Shown here piece by piece: positions 30,268 to 43,200 of a DNA stretch of 55,099 nt. The stretch lies in assembly GCA_964491325.1 (NCBI GenBank), contig CAZBFX010000001.1:1807-56905 (forward strand), written 5' to 3'. Below the pieces are notes generated by a model. That model was not told where the DNA came from, made no database searches, and was given only the letters and a program-made list of their open reading frames with translations. Source of the DNA: an uncultured Candidatus Peribacteria bacterium. Its GTDB lineage: Bacteria > Patescibacteriota > Gracilibacteria > Absconditabacterales > Absconditicoccaceae. A program made the translations under genes and the position numbers. Each line of letters starts with the position of its first letter. Within the stretch, counting starts at the first letter, position 1.

Positions 30268-32389
30268 TATAAATAAATCATTCTCGTTGTTTTGGTATAT
30301 GACATATAATAATGTTTTCTGTTTTTATGTTTGCCGATCGTATATTGAGTAGATAGTGGTATCAGCCTATCATCACAAGTAGTTTGCCATCTTTTGCTCA
30401 TCATTTTGCCACATTTTTTTGTATTCACCCTGTAATATATTCGGCCAATATCTCTCTGTTTTTCATATAGTCTTTTTGACGTATGGATGCAAATATTTGT
30501 TTGGTTTTTTCGCTATTATGTGATATTATAAAAACATTCTTTCAAGATGAGTTAATGATATTCTTTTCTATGTCACTTATCGATTGTAATGATTGTATAG
30601 ATATATCCTTATGTCTTATACCTTCTTTAATAGTCGTATATTCTGGTCTATTTGTAGATAAGAAACAATATATATGTTTCGCAAAAAGGTCATTATATTC
30701 ACTAAAATCGATATACTTATGCACAGGAGTAAGGGTATAGTATGATCCCTTTCCCGTGGATTCGCTATATTGTATGATAGATTCTTGATAGAGTAGTCTA
30801 TTCATCTTCTCCATCATCTTATCTAGATACGATCAGACATGTTTTTTGCTTATATTGTTCTTCCATCAGTTATAAATATTGTCCCATAATCATATACTGC
30901 GTGTATAGTTTTCATTATTGCTACAGATAGACTCTCGTTTATGTTTTTTCTTTTCTCTATAGATACTTTCGCATTCTATATAAAACACACCCAAAAACAT
31001 TAACATATCATTGTATATACTTTTGTTTAATTCGTTGCTACTTTCTTTTTTAACTATTACATCATTCGTCTCATGATAGAGTAATTCTTCTCGATGGAAG
31101 AGTAGTGCTTGTGGATTAAAGTACTTCGAAGAGTAGTCATTATAGGTAATATATCGTCGATCAATATCCCGCATACATATAGTATATTTACTTAATTGTT
31201 CTGATCGATCACTATGCTGATCTCTATATGCATACCATCATCCATGCGTACAGAGTATATGATTTTCATAATTTTTATTGCTTTCTTTTTTTGTAATATA
31301 CGATAATATATGTTTATGCTCAGTAATTACCGCCTGTATGATACTATATCATAGTAAAGCATGTGATACATAGAGGATGCAAAATAGCCATTCAGACATA
31401 GAAAGAGATTTCTTTTGTGTTCGTTGTTCATAGAGAGCGAAATCTATTATTTGATCTTCTTTGAGATAATTAAACCTGTATCATGGGCATGCATTTTTGA
31501 TAATATCAATTTTTGATGGATGTGATACTGCTATGATGGATGGCATCGGAAGTTCATTTATTAGCTCTTGAATATGTAATCACTTCATTGATATCTTTCA
31601 TCCTTGTCCAAGAAATAGAGGATTTATCTTTTTGTCGTTTTCGAGAGATTTACTCTTCTTATTTGATGGTCTTTCAATATGTGGCATAGACATTATTTCG
31701 CTTTCTTTGTCTTTATGATTATTTATTATTTCTATATAGTTATTTCACTCGTCTACTTTACTATAAAGATGTGCTACATATGGGAATTGTATAAAGATTT
31801 TTACGAGATACTGTATTCGCCATTGTATGATACAATAACATATCATGCTATCGTATAGCGCATCATGTGATTTCTCTCTATTTCCTAGTACTATTTTCTT
31901 CGCATTGTCATATATTGTGCGATAGCCTTCTTCTGTGGAGAGATGCGTATGAATATTTTCTAATGCATAACTCTTGAGATAGGGTATACTTGATCATATA
32001 ATATCAAAGGTATCTATACTATGCGATCGACGAAGAGAGGGAATACTTTTCTCTAAGAATCCTAGATCAAATCATATATTATGTCCTATAATAACAACAT
32101 TATCATCAAAGAAACTTTCTATGTCTGAAGAGACTGCGCTTAGCGATGGTGCATTGATGAGGTCTTCTTTTTTTATGTCAGTGAGATGTGAGACTGTATC
32201 GCTAAGATTGAGAAAATCTTCTCATGGTTTGATGTATGAGCAAAATGTATCAATAACCTTGCCAGCATGATCTATTTTTATAATTCCTATTTGGATAATA
32301 TGGTCCTTCTCTTTATCTAGTCATGTGGTTTCGAGGTCAAGACATATATAATTATAGCTTTTATTGAGATTTACTTGCATATCATTCAT
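30242..32389 (-). CDS. DinG-like protein: DEDD (DnaQ-type) 3'-5' exonuclease fused to a degenerate helicase-like region
   Basis: 715 aa. No TAA/TAG in frame, all lines checked. Exo motifs CLDLETTGLD, IIGHNIGFDLGFL, SHDALYDS. The C-terminal end (KLLVMIGGYHYLLNIRSANIKTENIIICHIPKQ) resembles the DinG HD2 end. No Walker A seen. Confidence 0.7.
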
Positions 32390-32419
32390 AGATGTGACGT
32401 ATGGTAAAGGTATCGTTGA

Positions 32420-33883
32420 TTATGAATGATATAATATTTCTTCTATAGTTCATTTAATTTCTTCGTATTTTTCTTTGTTTTCTGCTTCTGCATAAAATCT
32501 TATCACAGGTTCTGTGTTACTTGGCCTGACGACAAATCGCCATTTTTCTGCGTTTATTCTTACGCCATCTGTATAATCTTGATTATGATTCTTGAATGTC
32601 TCTTTGATGGTTTCTATTGCTCATAGTGTATTTGTAACTTTGAAGTTTATAATGGCTGGTTTATAGTATTTCATGATACTATTTTGAAGATTGCTCATGG
32701 TCTTATAGTATTGGCGTTCTAGGAGCATAATGATGATCGGCATGATAGTCGATTCAAATCCCCCCAACTCTTTGAAGAAAAGGTGTCAACTAAGCTCTCA
32801 TGCAAAGACAGCATTACTTTCTTTATACTTCTCTTTGACAAACCTGTGGCCGACTCTACTGACGACAGGTATTCAGTCATACTTTTTAATCATATCGACG
32901 ATGCAATTGGAACTGGTAATGTCGTAGACGACACTTGATCATTTCGGAGACTGTTGCAGATACCATTCTGCTATAGCAGCGACAGTGATATCTCCGCTTA
33001 TTATGTTTCCTTGCTCATCGACAATACCTATCCTATCTGCATCTCCATCAAACATAAATCATATATCTGCATCATGCTCTATGACGGTTGCTTGAAGTTG
33101 TTTGTATTCATCATAATTTGTTGTGTCAGAAAGATGTGCACCAAACTGACTGTCAGCTAGTGTATTTATTTCTATTAATTTCTGATTATACTTTTCGCAA
33201 AGATGATGTAATATTTGTCTCTCATATGCTATACTTGCACCATTAGAATAATCTATAACGATTGTCGATCATGCTCATGTTTTTGCACAATAAGACTCCA
33301 ATAAGGTCAGAATTGTTTTATATTTGTTTTCTATAATTGTTTTTTCTTTGCTTGTGTGTAATGCTTGTATAAATTTATCGCACTGTTCTTGGTCAAAGTT
33401 ATGTGGAAGTGCTTTATATGTTTCTCATACATATGATTTTAGTATGCTAGTCTCTATCAGTTCTGCATTATGGTCGACGATTTTCATGCCGACGTATTCT
33501 GGAGGATTGTGTGATGCTGTGACAGGTATGCCAAATGTAAATGATCATTGTGTAAAATAATACATCATACTGGTGCTACAGACTCATCGGATTTGTTGTT
33601 GATTATCTATTGCTTCGACAGGTATTCATGCATTAGTTATAGACTGCACTCCCGCCTCTTTGAGTCATACAATCAATCGATAGATAAAAGTATTGTTGTG
33701 TTCTCTCACATCAGAACCAATCAATATCTTTGCACCATCTCCATCTCTCTGTATCGCCTCCTTCCCCAATCATAGACCTATATTGTAGGCAAATATATCA
33801 TCAATATGTTCGCCATAGATTCATCTTATATCGTATGCTTTGTATGCTTTATTATAGTCTTTTTTTTGATCAAGAGAATCCAT
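32420..33883 (-). CDS. phosphohexomutase (phosphomannomutase/phosphoglucomutase family)
   Basis: Active-site TASHNPPEY, Mg site FMFDGDADR, C-terminal RPSNTEPVIRFYAEA. All lines checked for stops. Stop TAA 32420-32422. Confidence 0.9.
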
Positions 33884-33955
33884 TGTAATTTGTTAGAGAA
33901 ATAAATAGTATAGAAATCACTATAATGATTTGTTTTATTATTTGCAAGTACCATT

Positions 33956-34504
33956 ATGATTATTAGTATTGGCTGAAGAATATGATCTGGCAAGAGCACG
34001 GTTGCTCATATGCTTGCAGAGAGAATTAATTATACCGTCATAGGTATAGGCGATATGAAAAGAGAGCTTGCCAGACAGCAATGAATGACCATCTTGGAAC
34101 GAGATCAGCTTGGTCGGAACGATCCTACAAAAGCAAAAGAGCATGACACGCAATTTGATGACTATCAGAAGTCGCTTCCTTTGGATGCAAAAATTATTTT
34201 GGATAGTAAACTATGATTTTGGAATCAACCTCACTCGTTTAAGATATTTATCTCCGTCTCTGATGCAATAGGTGCACAAAGAGTTTTTGACCAACAAAGG
34301 GACTCCGATGCTCGTTCTTCCTATGAGGAAGTACTGCAGACCAATATCCAGAGACATCAGTGACATGCAGAAAACTATAGGAAGATGTATGGAGTGGATA
34401 TATTTGATATGTCGCATTATGATCTTGTTGTCGATACGACAGATATGACTCCTCAGGAGGTGCTTGATCGTATTATGGCTAAGCTTGATCTTCTCATCGT
34501 TTAA
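33956..34504 (+). CDS. cmk: archaeal-type cytidylate kinase-like P-loop kinase
   Basis: MIISIG(G)RI(G)SGKSTVAHMLAERINYTVIGIGDM.. and ..YGVDIFDMSHYDLVVDTTDMTPQEV.. match the short (~180 aa) Cmk type. Two P-loop glycines are TGA (33974, 33983). Confidence 0.7.
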
Positions 34505-34513
34505 TCAAAAAAA

Positions 34514-34586
34514 AGCTGCGAACCAGAATCGAACTGGCGACCTCTCCCTTACCATGGGAACGCTCTACCGACTGAGCTATCACAGC
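34514..34586 (-). tRNA. tRNA-Thr (GGU)
   Basis: Reverse complement GCTGTGATAGCTCAGTCGGTAGAGC.. with anticodon stem-loop TTCCC-ATGGTAA-GGGAG and T-arm GCCAG-TTCGATT-CTGGT. Confidence 0.8.
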
Positions 34587-34669
34587 ATATTAATTATTTG
34601 GCGTTTTAGCATTTTATTTTCAGAATATCACTATAGAGAAAGAGTCTTTTTATTTCAATAGTAAATACT

Positions 34670-35539
34670 ATGAAAGTCATTATTCCTGCTGCATGATTTG
34701 GTACACGTTTTCTCCCTTGGACGAAAGCCATGCCCAAAGAAATGCTTCCTATAGTTGATAAGCCAGTTATTCAATATGTGGTCGAAGAGATTGTAGAGAG
34801 TGGATTGAAAGATATTATCATCGTCACTGGTGCCCAGAAGCGTGCTATTGAGGATCATTTTGACATGCCCAATGAGAATCTTATTCAAAATCTTCTGCTT
34901 GGCAATAAACATGAATATATCGATGCGGCAAAGGCAATTGCTGATATGGCAAACTTCTATTATATTAGACAAAAATGACCATATGGTAATGGTACGCCAG
35001 TATTGTGTTCAGAAAACCTTATCGGCAATGAATCATTTGCCGTGCTTCGAGGAGATGAGTTTATCCAAGGTACGCCACCAAGACTACAACAGATGCTGGA
35101 TGTCCATAGGCAGTATCCAGATGCTGTGATTATATCAGCTCTTCGCATTGCCAATAAGGCAGATCTTAAACGCTATGGTATTGTGGATGTCACACTTATC
35201 AAAGATAATATCTATGAAATCAATACTATTGTGGAAAAACCGAATCCTGACGATGCACCAAGTAATCTTGCTGCTTTGTGAGCATATATTCTTCCTCCTG
35301 CAATTTTTTCTGCTCTGAGAGAAGTAGGTATTGGTACTGGATGAGAAGCATATCTCACTGATGCTATCAATCATCTGAAAGCACAGGGCACAAAGGTAAT
35401 CGCAGTGGAAATAAAGGATGCAATCTATTTCGATACCGGTAATAAACTCGAATATCTCAAGACCTGTATCTACTTTGCTCGTCGTCATCCCGAATTAGGT
35501 CAAGCATTTGATGATTATTTGAGATCGATACTTTTATAA
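34670..35539 (+). CDS. galU: UTP--glucose-1-phosphate uridylyltransferase
   Basis: MKVIIPAA(G)[31 protein letters not shown] is the GalU signature. Fragments 34730 and 35003 are in frame. Stop TAA 35537-35539. Confidence 0.9.
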
Positions 35540-36357
35540 TCGAGAGTGTATTTTCCTCATGCAGAGACTATATATTCTCGCTTCTTTTCTTGAATAAAGT
35601 GGATAGATCATGTGTGGAAGATCGTAATTTTAGTGACTTGGTGATTTGGCAATTTTGTGTCTCTATAATCTATTGAGCAACTTGCAAATATGTCTTTCAA
35701 TGTATTTCGTCCATGGAAAGTTTGTTTTTTTTGATTGAAGAATGAGCAGATAGTGCGTTGGAGAGTAAAGTAACTATAGTGTAGAGGGATTATTGTATCG
35801 ACATTTGCATCTTTGAAGTATTTGAGATCTTCTTTGACTATCTTATTGACCAATATCTGTCTTGGAGAAAGTAGTCTGAGCAGGTAATTCCACACTGGTA
35901 CTTCTCTCGTCCAGAGAGCAAAAGGAAAGATAAACTTTTTTGTTTGCGTTTGATATTCTGTTTTTTGGTAGTTTTGACTCTGTTGTGCGACATATGCTTG
36001 TATATGACTGAGGTCGCTATATCATCCGATGATTCATAGTCTGCCACTGCGGCTATGATGAAAACACCAGGAGAGGTATGATGCAAAAAGAGGAACAATA
36101 TATGTCTGACTAAACTTCTCATCATGTATTGATAGTCATAGCTCAATTGATGGAGAAACAATGTAATGATATTTTTTTGCTCATTGTTCTTGATGCTGGA
36201 GTATGATTTTCTTTACTCTCTCGAGTATGGTATTATGTTCTCTGTCATCATAGGGTCGAGCAATTGTGTCCACAATAACTTCATAAGGAATGGCATATGT
36301 CTGACAGAGTTTTATAATGGAGAGGTTCTCTGGTCCAGAGCCTATAATACAGATCAT
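35515..36357 (-). CDS. hypothetical protein with weak Asp/Glu-racemase-like pattern
   Basis: Frame-0 fragments 36181..36456 and 35608..35895 are joined by TGA, and the gap lines were checked. MICIIGSGPENLSIIKL.., ..LGIIGGYSDL.., ..VDTIIPLHYSYF... Start taken at ATG 36355-36357. The 3' end overlaps galU by 25 nt, so the end is uncertain. Confidence 0.4.
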
Positions 36358-36407
36358 AGGGGGGTGATAATATATAAAATGATATCTATTGCTTTGTCTA
36401 GTAAAAG

Positions 36408-37412
36408 CTACTTTATAAGCTTGTGTTGTTGTAGTGCTGTGGTCAACAATGGCCAAAATGCAATCTCATCGCTGTTTCCTGATTTGAGTTCAAAATCAAA
36501 CTCTAATATATCATTATACAGTCAGAGGAAGTCATTTGCATGTTCTTTGATGGAGTCTTTGTAGCTTTTGTATTTGGCGAGAGTGAAGGGTGGGACTCCT
36601 AGGATTGATGCTAGGGATAGCCCGTCGTGGTCGTATTGCATGATCTTTGCATAGCTGATTATGATTTTCAATCACCGTAATATTCATCAAAGCATCTCTT
36701 GTATTGCTTTTCATTCATGACGAATATTGTGTATTATGCTATTGATGTTTTTGTTTTGCATGACAATCGCATCCATGAGTCCAAACATCGTATCTTGTGC
36801 TTGTCATGTAATAATTGATGATACATTATCGTAGTTTAGTGTTTTACCAGAATTGACAGAGTATGACAGCTTTTGACATTCCCCATTGATAAGCCAGAGG
36901 TTCGATTGTGTTCTCTCTATCAAGATATTTATACTATCTTTGTCTAGTTTTGTGTCTTTATGTGTTTCATCAAGATATTCATACATTTCCTGCTCGATAT
37001 GTTTGATGAGAGCTGGGCCAGTCAGATGTTCGAATATTTTCACTTGGCAGTTTTTGGGATCAGAAAAAAACTTATATGCTTTTTTTCTTTTGTCTGGTTT
37101 GCTCGATACGAAGATGATAAAATAATCAGGGTTGATAGATCACCACATTTGTATGATCTTCTCTTCGAGGTCGCTCGTTCCTCCTGGAGAGGTTGTTTCG
37201 CCAGGCACTCCTTGTATAATGAGTAACTTTTCATTGCTAAATAATCAGGTATTGGTCATCTGTTCGATGATCGCATTTACTGAGTATTCTGGTAGTGAGA
37301 GTTGTAAGACGTTCTCTGGTCCATACTTTTCACTAAAATTCTTCTTTCGTTTGAGAATTTCTTTGTGTGTGAGATATGTCTCTTCGCCGGTAAAAAAATA
37401 TATTTTGGACAT
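36408..37412 (-). CDS. holA: DNA polymerase III delta subunit
   Basis: MSKIYFFTGEETYLTHKEI.. and overall HolA-like pattern (..NLWLINGECQKL..). 334 aa. All lines checked for stops. Stop TAG 36408-36410. Confidence 0.7.
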
Positions 37413-37509
37413 CGAGTTTATAGGTTTGTAAAGCCCGTCTGACGAACAGGTAGATTATAAAGTTTGTAAAGTGCTTGCAATTATTGCTCGTGAATAGTAT
37501 ATTACGGAT

Positions 37510-39300
37510 ATGACTTCTTTTTTCAAATCAATTATTGTCTTTTGTATTCGTCTCTATCAGTATACACTTTCTCCAGATAGATGATTGCTCTCACCTCGAT
37601 TGCGTGGTCGTATTTGTAGGCATCAGCCACATTGTAGTGAGTACTGTCTCCAGACAGTCAGACAGTATCCTTTTTTTACTTGAATATGGCGTAGTATGGA
37701 TAGAATAAGTCGTTGTGGACCAGGTCAGGGAGGTGGCTACGATCCTGCAACATATCGTGTTGTTTTTTGTAGTAGTGCTCCTATTGGTGTACCTTTTTTG
37801 GAGGCATTGTGGCATGATGATCGTTATGATGTCGTGGGTGTCTTGACGATGCCCGATATGCCCAGTGGGAGATGATTGCAGATGCAGGAGAATATTATCA
37901 AGACGAAAGCGAAAGAGTTAATGCACAATGCAGAATGAATAATGCACAATAATAAATATGCAGTTAAACCTATACCTAAAATAATACTAGTACATGGTAA
38001 AGATACTGATCCCTCACAAAAGCGGTATCCTCATTTTATAGATGATATCAAAGATGCTTGAATAAATGCTTTTGCACCTCATTTGCCTCATAGTTCAGAT
38101 CCTTTGTTACCAGAATGGTTAGGCGAATTAGGTAATCTCAATATAGATGAAGATACTATTTTGGTCTGACATTCTCTTGGAGGTGTCGCTATTTTACGCT
38201 ATTTAGAGAAAACTCAGCAGAAAGTAAAGAAAGTTATTTTGGTGGCTACGAATGACTCGATATATTCTGAATCGAGTAATGGTTTTTTTTCGGACAAGGA
38301 TTACGATTATACATTACTGCAATCTGTCTGTCATGATTATGTCGTGTATCATTCGACTGATGATGAGCGAGTTCCTTTTTTACATGGAGAAAAGATAGCG
38401 AAATGACTTAATGCTAAGTTTTTTACTTATCATGACAAATGACACTTTGGTAAGAGTCTTATTGATAATAAATTTCCAGAGCTTATAGACGAAGTTTTGA
38501 TAAATACTACATTTATCCAAACTACTCACTCGCTGCGTCTGGACTCGAAGAAATATGCACACGAAGCAGCAGAGACCTATGATCGATTGCAGGCATTGGA
38601 TATCGATTATCTCGTTGTCATCGCTTATGGACATATCATCCCGCAACACATTCTCGATATCCCTCGTATCGCTCCTATCAATATTCATGGATCGCCACTT
38701 CCGCTTTACCGTGGTGCATCGCCTATCCAGACAGCATTGCTTGATGGGCAGGAAGAGACAGGTATTACTATTATGAGGATGGTAGCTGAGCTCGATGCAG
38801 GAGATATGATCCGTTCCTATCGTTTTCCTCTTCCACTGTCTTGGACTGCGAGAGATGTGATCGACAAGATGCAATCTGTCTGACCGCATTTCTTGACAGA
38901 GACATTGGATGGACTGTCACATGGTGAGTATGGCTATACCCCCCAGGAGTCAGATAAAGCTACTTTTTGTGGTAAGATTGAGAAAGAGGACGGTGAGCTT
39001 TCTTTGCTCCATGAGAATCTTATGCATATATACAACAAATATAGGGCTTATTACCTCTGGCCAAAGATATATTTTCGAATGTATCATACACAGACAGAGG
39101 AGAAGAAGAGAGTTATCATCGAAGATATGCAGCTCGATGAGTGACTGTATCTGTTGCATAGCCATAAGCCTTTGTGTGATAGGCATTATATGCTCAACTG
39201 TACTCTCGTATCATGTTCGGTGAAAGTGGAAGGCAAGAAAGCTATTACTCGAGCTGAACGAGTAGCTACCTATACGAAGAACAATCGATCCATGCTTTAG
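37510..39300 (+). CDS. fmt: tripartite fusion: YidD + methionyl-tRNA formyltransferase interrupted by an alpha/beta-hydrolase (YdeN/RBBP9-like) domain
   Basis: One 596-aa frame, every codon 37510-38500 checked, no TAA/TAG. YidD: SP..CRHQPHCSEY..RISRCGPGQGGGYDP. Fmt N-terminal part: YRVVFCSSAPIGVPFLEAL..VVGVLTMPDMPSGR(G). Insert: ILVHGKDTDP..LV(G)HSLGGVAILRYL..D..H. Fmt remainder: VVIAYGHIIP..INIHGSPLPLYRGASPIQTALL..ETGITIM. Confidence 0.8.
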
Positions 39301-39314
39301 ATTTAAGTCTTTCT

Positions 39315-40190
39315 ATGTTATTCTTTCTTCTTCTCTTTATTCTCGGTACGATATTTTGATCTTTTGGATCGGTGCTTTTGTTGAGATTGGATTGAAAGTA
39401 CTCATGGGAGGCGATACGAAGTATTATTACTGGGCGTTCGCAATGTCCATCCTGTCATCATGTACTTGCTCCATGGCAGCTTATTCCTCTATGGTGATGG
39501 ATTGTCCAGAGATGAAGATGTAGCTTTTGTCAGCAAAAGATATCGACGCTGTATCCTGTCTGTGAGATTGTCTCTTGATTGGTTTTTGTATTGCGATGAC
39601 TGCTAGCCACAAATTACGATTGGTGAATGTCTCATATCATCCTGTTGCCGATATGGTGGTTGATGGGTCTGATTCTCGTATGGGATATGTATAGCTATGA
39701 GCTCCATACCAAGATATGGTTATTATTGTCTGTTGTGGTTATTGTGTGGATAGCGATTATTGGTGATTGGCATCTCGTGTGGTGAGCTGCGATAGGATTA
39801 TCTGTCTTTGTGTTGTTATATCTCTTTGCTCGTCTGTATGTAGCCATACGCTTTGCTGGTACAGAGAGACATATAGGTGAGGGCATGGGCATGGGTGATG
39901 TGATGATGGCACCCATTATCGGATCGTTGATCGCATTCGCTCTCACATGATCACAGACTCTCTGGACACAATCTTTTTTCCTTGTCGATATGTCAGTTAT
40001 TGGTATTATTCAGTTGATTATTGTCTTCATCCTCGGGACATGTCTGTTGTGACTATGCTGGTATGCTGTGAGTCGTCTTTTTTTCTCAAGCAATCTGCAT
40101 CATCCTGACTGGAGTCAGGGTGCGGGTCCGGTTATTCCTTTTTTGCCTTCGATGATTATGATGTATTGGATCATAGTTTTTTTCTTGTAA
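39315..40190 (+). CDS. pilD: type IV prepilin peptidase (A24 family)
   Basis: N-terminal Zn-knuckle CPSCHHVL..(G)RCSFCQQKISTLYPVCE, polytopic, GMGMGDVMM (second catalytic Asp motif). Stop TAA 40188-40190. Confidence 0.85.
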
Positions 40191-40229
40191 TACTCTATTT
40201 ATCATAAGATTACGAAATGTCATTACTTT

Positions 40230-43200
40230 TTGTCTGCGGAGGCTGTCTCTTTTTGCTTTATTATGATATCAGCCTATACTTTCGGTAGAAATATTTTACC
40301 CATATGGTATAGACAGATGGCATCAGGACAATCACAGGATCATGCACAGGATCGTATTGATCTTCATATCAGTCAGACGGGGAATACATTCTCTGCTAGT
40401 GATTTACAGAAGATCGATACTATTCTCGAAGCGTATATAGTCGACAATAGCGATAATTTCCATAAACTTATCGAGAATAACCCCCAGACTTCACTGGATG
40501 ATATCATAGACAATGCCTGATTATTGCTCGATGATATGCTTGTATCTCCCGATAAAGGTGAGAAAGAGATATGGCAGTTTCTCATCGATAGCAAACTAGC
40601 ATGATTGGAAAAACATACAGAGATGTTGGCAAATATCACGCAGTACAAGAGCGAACTCAAGTGACTCAAGATAGCTGTCGCTCAGCGAAACCTTGGCGGG
40701 AATGCTCCGTCAGATAAGACGAGTGTCGTCAAAGCGACCACGAATACTGTCTCTGGAGATGAAGAACAATCAAGGGGTAAGTCTATTGATCAATCCTGTG
40801 TCGGTTGTAAAATACCTGTTTTAGAACATGAAGTGTCAGATACAGAAGATATGCAGCATCCAGCAGTCGATGTGGTTCCTGGTAAACAATGAGAAAGACT
40901 CGAAGATCGTGCATGACCTGATAATACAGTCAGCAAAGTTCCTTTTGGTCCGCTCAAATGATATGTCCCTGGACAATGATATCTTGTCGATAATAAGGGT
41001 GCAGATGGAGGAGAGAATACGAGATACGATATCGATGGGAAAAACGAGAAAAGAGTCGATAGAAAAGCCATGAAAAAACTTTTCCTATGAGGCATAAGTT
41101 GATTTCTCAATCGTCCAGAGAAAGAAGTCGATATGGTCGTCGAAGGAGAGAAGATAGGACCAAAGCATAAAAATGAACTGAAGCAGTTCTGGAAAGCTGT
41201 CAGAAAAATGGGTGTTGATAATTTCGGTGAATACTTTATTGATGTAAGAGATGCTTATGGAGCTGGTCATGATATTACATCCAAAGACTTCTGGAAAGAT
41301 GCAGACTATACTAGTAAAGTAGCTAAAAGAAAAGAATCTAAAACACTTGCTCTCATCGGTACTATCTATACGAACTATAGAGATCTCGAAAATAAACCAT
41401 ACTCAGGGACATATATGGAGAGACTTATTGGTACAATCGAAAATGATATCGCCGATAATGCACGAGAAGATAATATTGCTGGCGAAGATAATGCTGATGC
41501 AGAAGGTAATACTTCTTATCAGTCATTCGATGCAAGTAAATCCTACAACAAACATAATGATAATGCCGAGGTGACACTTGCTGATGATCACCATATCTTG
41601 ATCAATAAAACAAGTAGACTTAATGAATCGCTCAATATCGATGAGAGAAAGTGAGTGAAAGAACTCTTCAAGCTTAATGGAGATAGAGATACTCTCTATG
41701 ACTTCGATGCAGTGATGAAAGTAGTCCGTCAGCATGAACATAAGAAGATCGATGTCGCTAACGTCATCAATGCAACTGCCAAGTGAAAAAAACTCATCGG
41801 TCCTAATGGTAGTCTCAATGATCAGGAGAAAGAACTCTATGAGACACGACAGCAAATCGATAATGATGATACATCGACGCAGAGGATGGTCATGGAGTGA
41901 CTTGCTATGGGTATGAGACCAGAGTATATCGCCAATGTAAAGATGTTGATCGATAAGACAGGATATATTGATGAAAATGAAGTATTTCATGAGAACTGAT
42001 TAGATCATGAGCAATATGGTAATGAAGCAGATGGTGGCATTATTACTCCTGAAGTTCACTTCGTGGGATGTATCGAAGATATCACCGTCAATGGTAAGAC
42101 AGACTTCGGAGATAAAGGTATCATGAGTGGTCTCCAGTTTCGTGCACTGTTTCAGACGGCAGTGAATGAGATAGCATTTGATAGATCATGTTCACACCAT
42201 GAAGCTCAGCAGAGAGCAGTCTACAATATCGTCTGTTTCGTCTCTCAGAAAGCTCTCGAACTCTGACACTATGATCTTCATAGTCACCTCCAAGCTGTCT
42301 TATCGAAGGCAGTCGATGGGAAACTGGATGCGACATGACTAGTGAAGAGTGGTGATGGGTTTCTCTCTCTTCACCCTGGCTATCTCAAAGGATTTCAGGA
42401 TATTATGCTCCAGAGTCCTGTCCCTGTCGATGCCATCATGAAGTATGGTACTACTGGCTTTGTTGAAAATCAAAAAGAAACGAAGCGTTCATTCGATAAG
42501 TATGCAGAACAACTCGGTGTATCCAAAGAAGAACTCGATAAAATCAATAACTTTGGTAGTACGCAATGGAAGAATCTCATGTCTGAAGCTGCTGAGAGAA
42601 GTATGACAGATATGATTGCGGGAGAAAGAGAGGCTTTTATCCAACAGATCAATGCTGCTGTCCTTGACTATGTCATCCAAACGAGAAATGCTGGATGAGT
42701 CGGTGTAGGAGTAAGTGCATCACTTGATACTATACTCAAAGGACTCTCTGCACATCTCGCTCTCGGTGTGGTCTGATGAGATGGGTCAGGTAGTTCGCCT
42801 ATGGTATGATTCTCTCTCGGGCATCATGTCGATATGGGAAGATGACGATCACTCAATACATGAGCGTGATCGAGTCTCACACTTGCTGGATTTACACCAT
42901 TTCTCGGACAATCGATCAGCAAAGAACGAGAACTCAATAAAGATAAACTCAAGAAAACACTCGATGCAAAGCCTCTCGTCACTGCACATGTCGGTGTCAA
43001 CTATGGTGTCGTCATGTTTGGTCCTATCGTCTCACCGACTATCGGTATCCACACTGGTATCGACATCAATCGTCAAGCAGGTATCGAACGTGAATATGCT
43101 GCTATCCGTACGAAGATGAAATCCGTCACCGATAAGCTCTTCAAGATTGATTGATTACTCCCAGATCTTACGACTATTAGAAGCTCTGCTGTCCTCTTTG

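Noticed and set aside
33938-34417. Minus-strand ORFs 33938..34153 and 34211..34417.
   Set aside because: They are antisense to the plus-strand cmk-like gene, which has a P-loop and full-length similarity to short cytidylate kinases.
35838-36161. 107-aa minus-strand ORF in an alternative frame.
   Set aside because: It overlaps the frame-0 reading that links ORFs 36181..36456 and 35608..35895 through TGA codons with no TAA/TAG. The single long reading is more parsimonious.
39695-39946. 83-aa minus-strand ORF.
   Set aside because: It is antisense to the prepilin peptidase gene, which carries clear A24 motifs.
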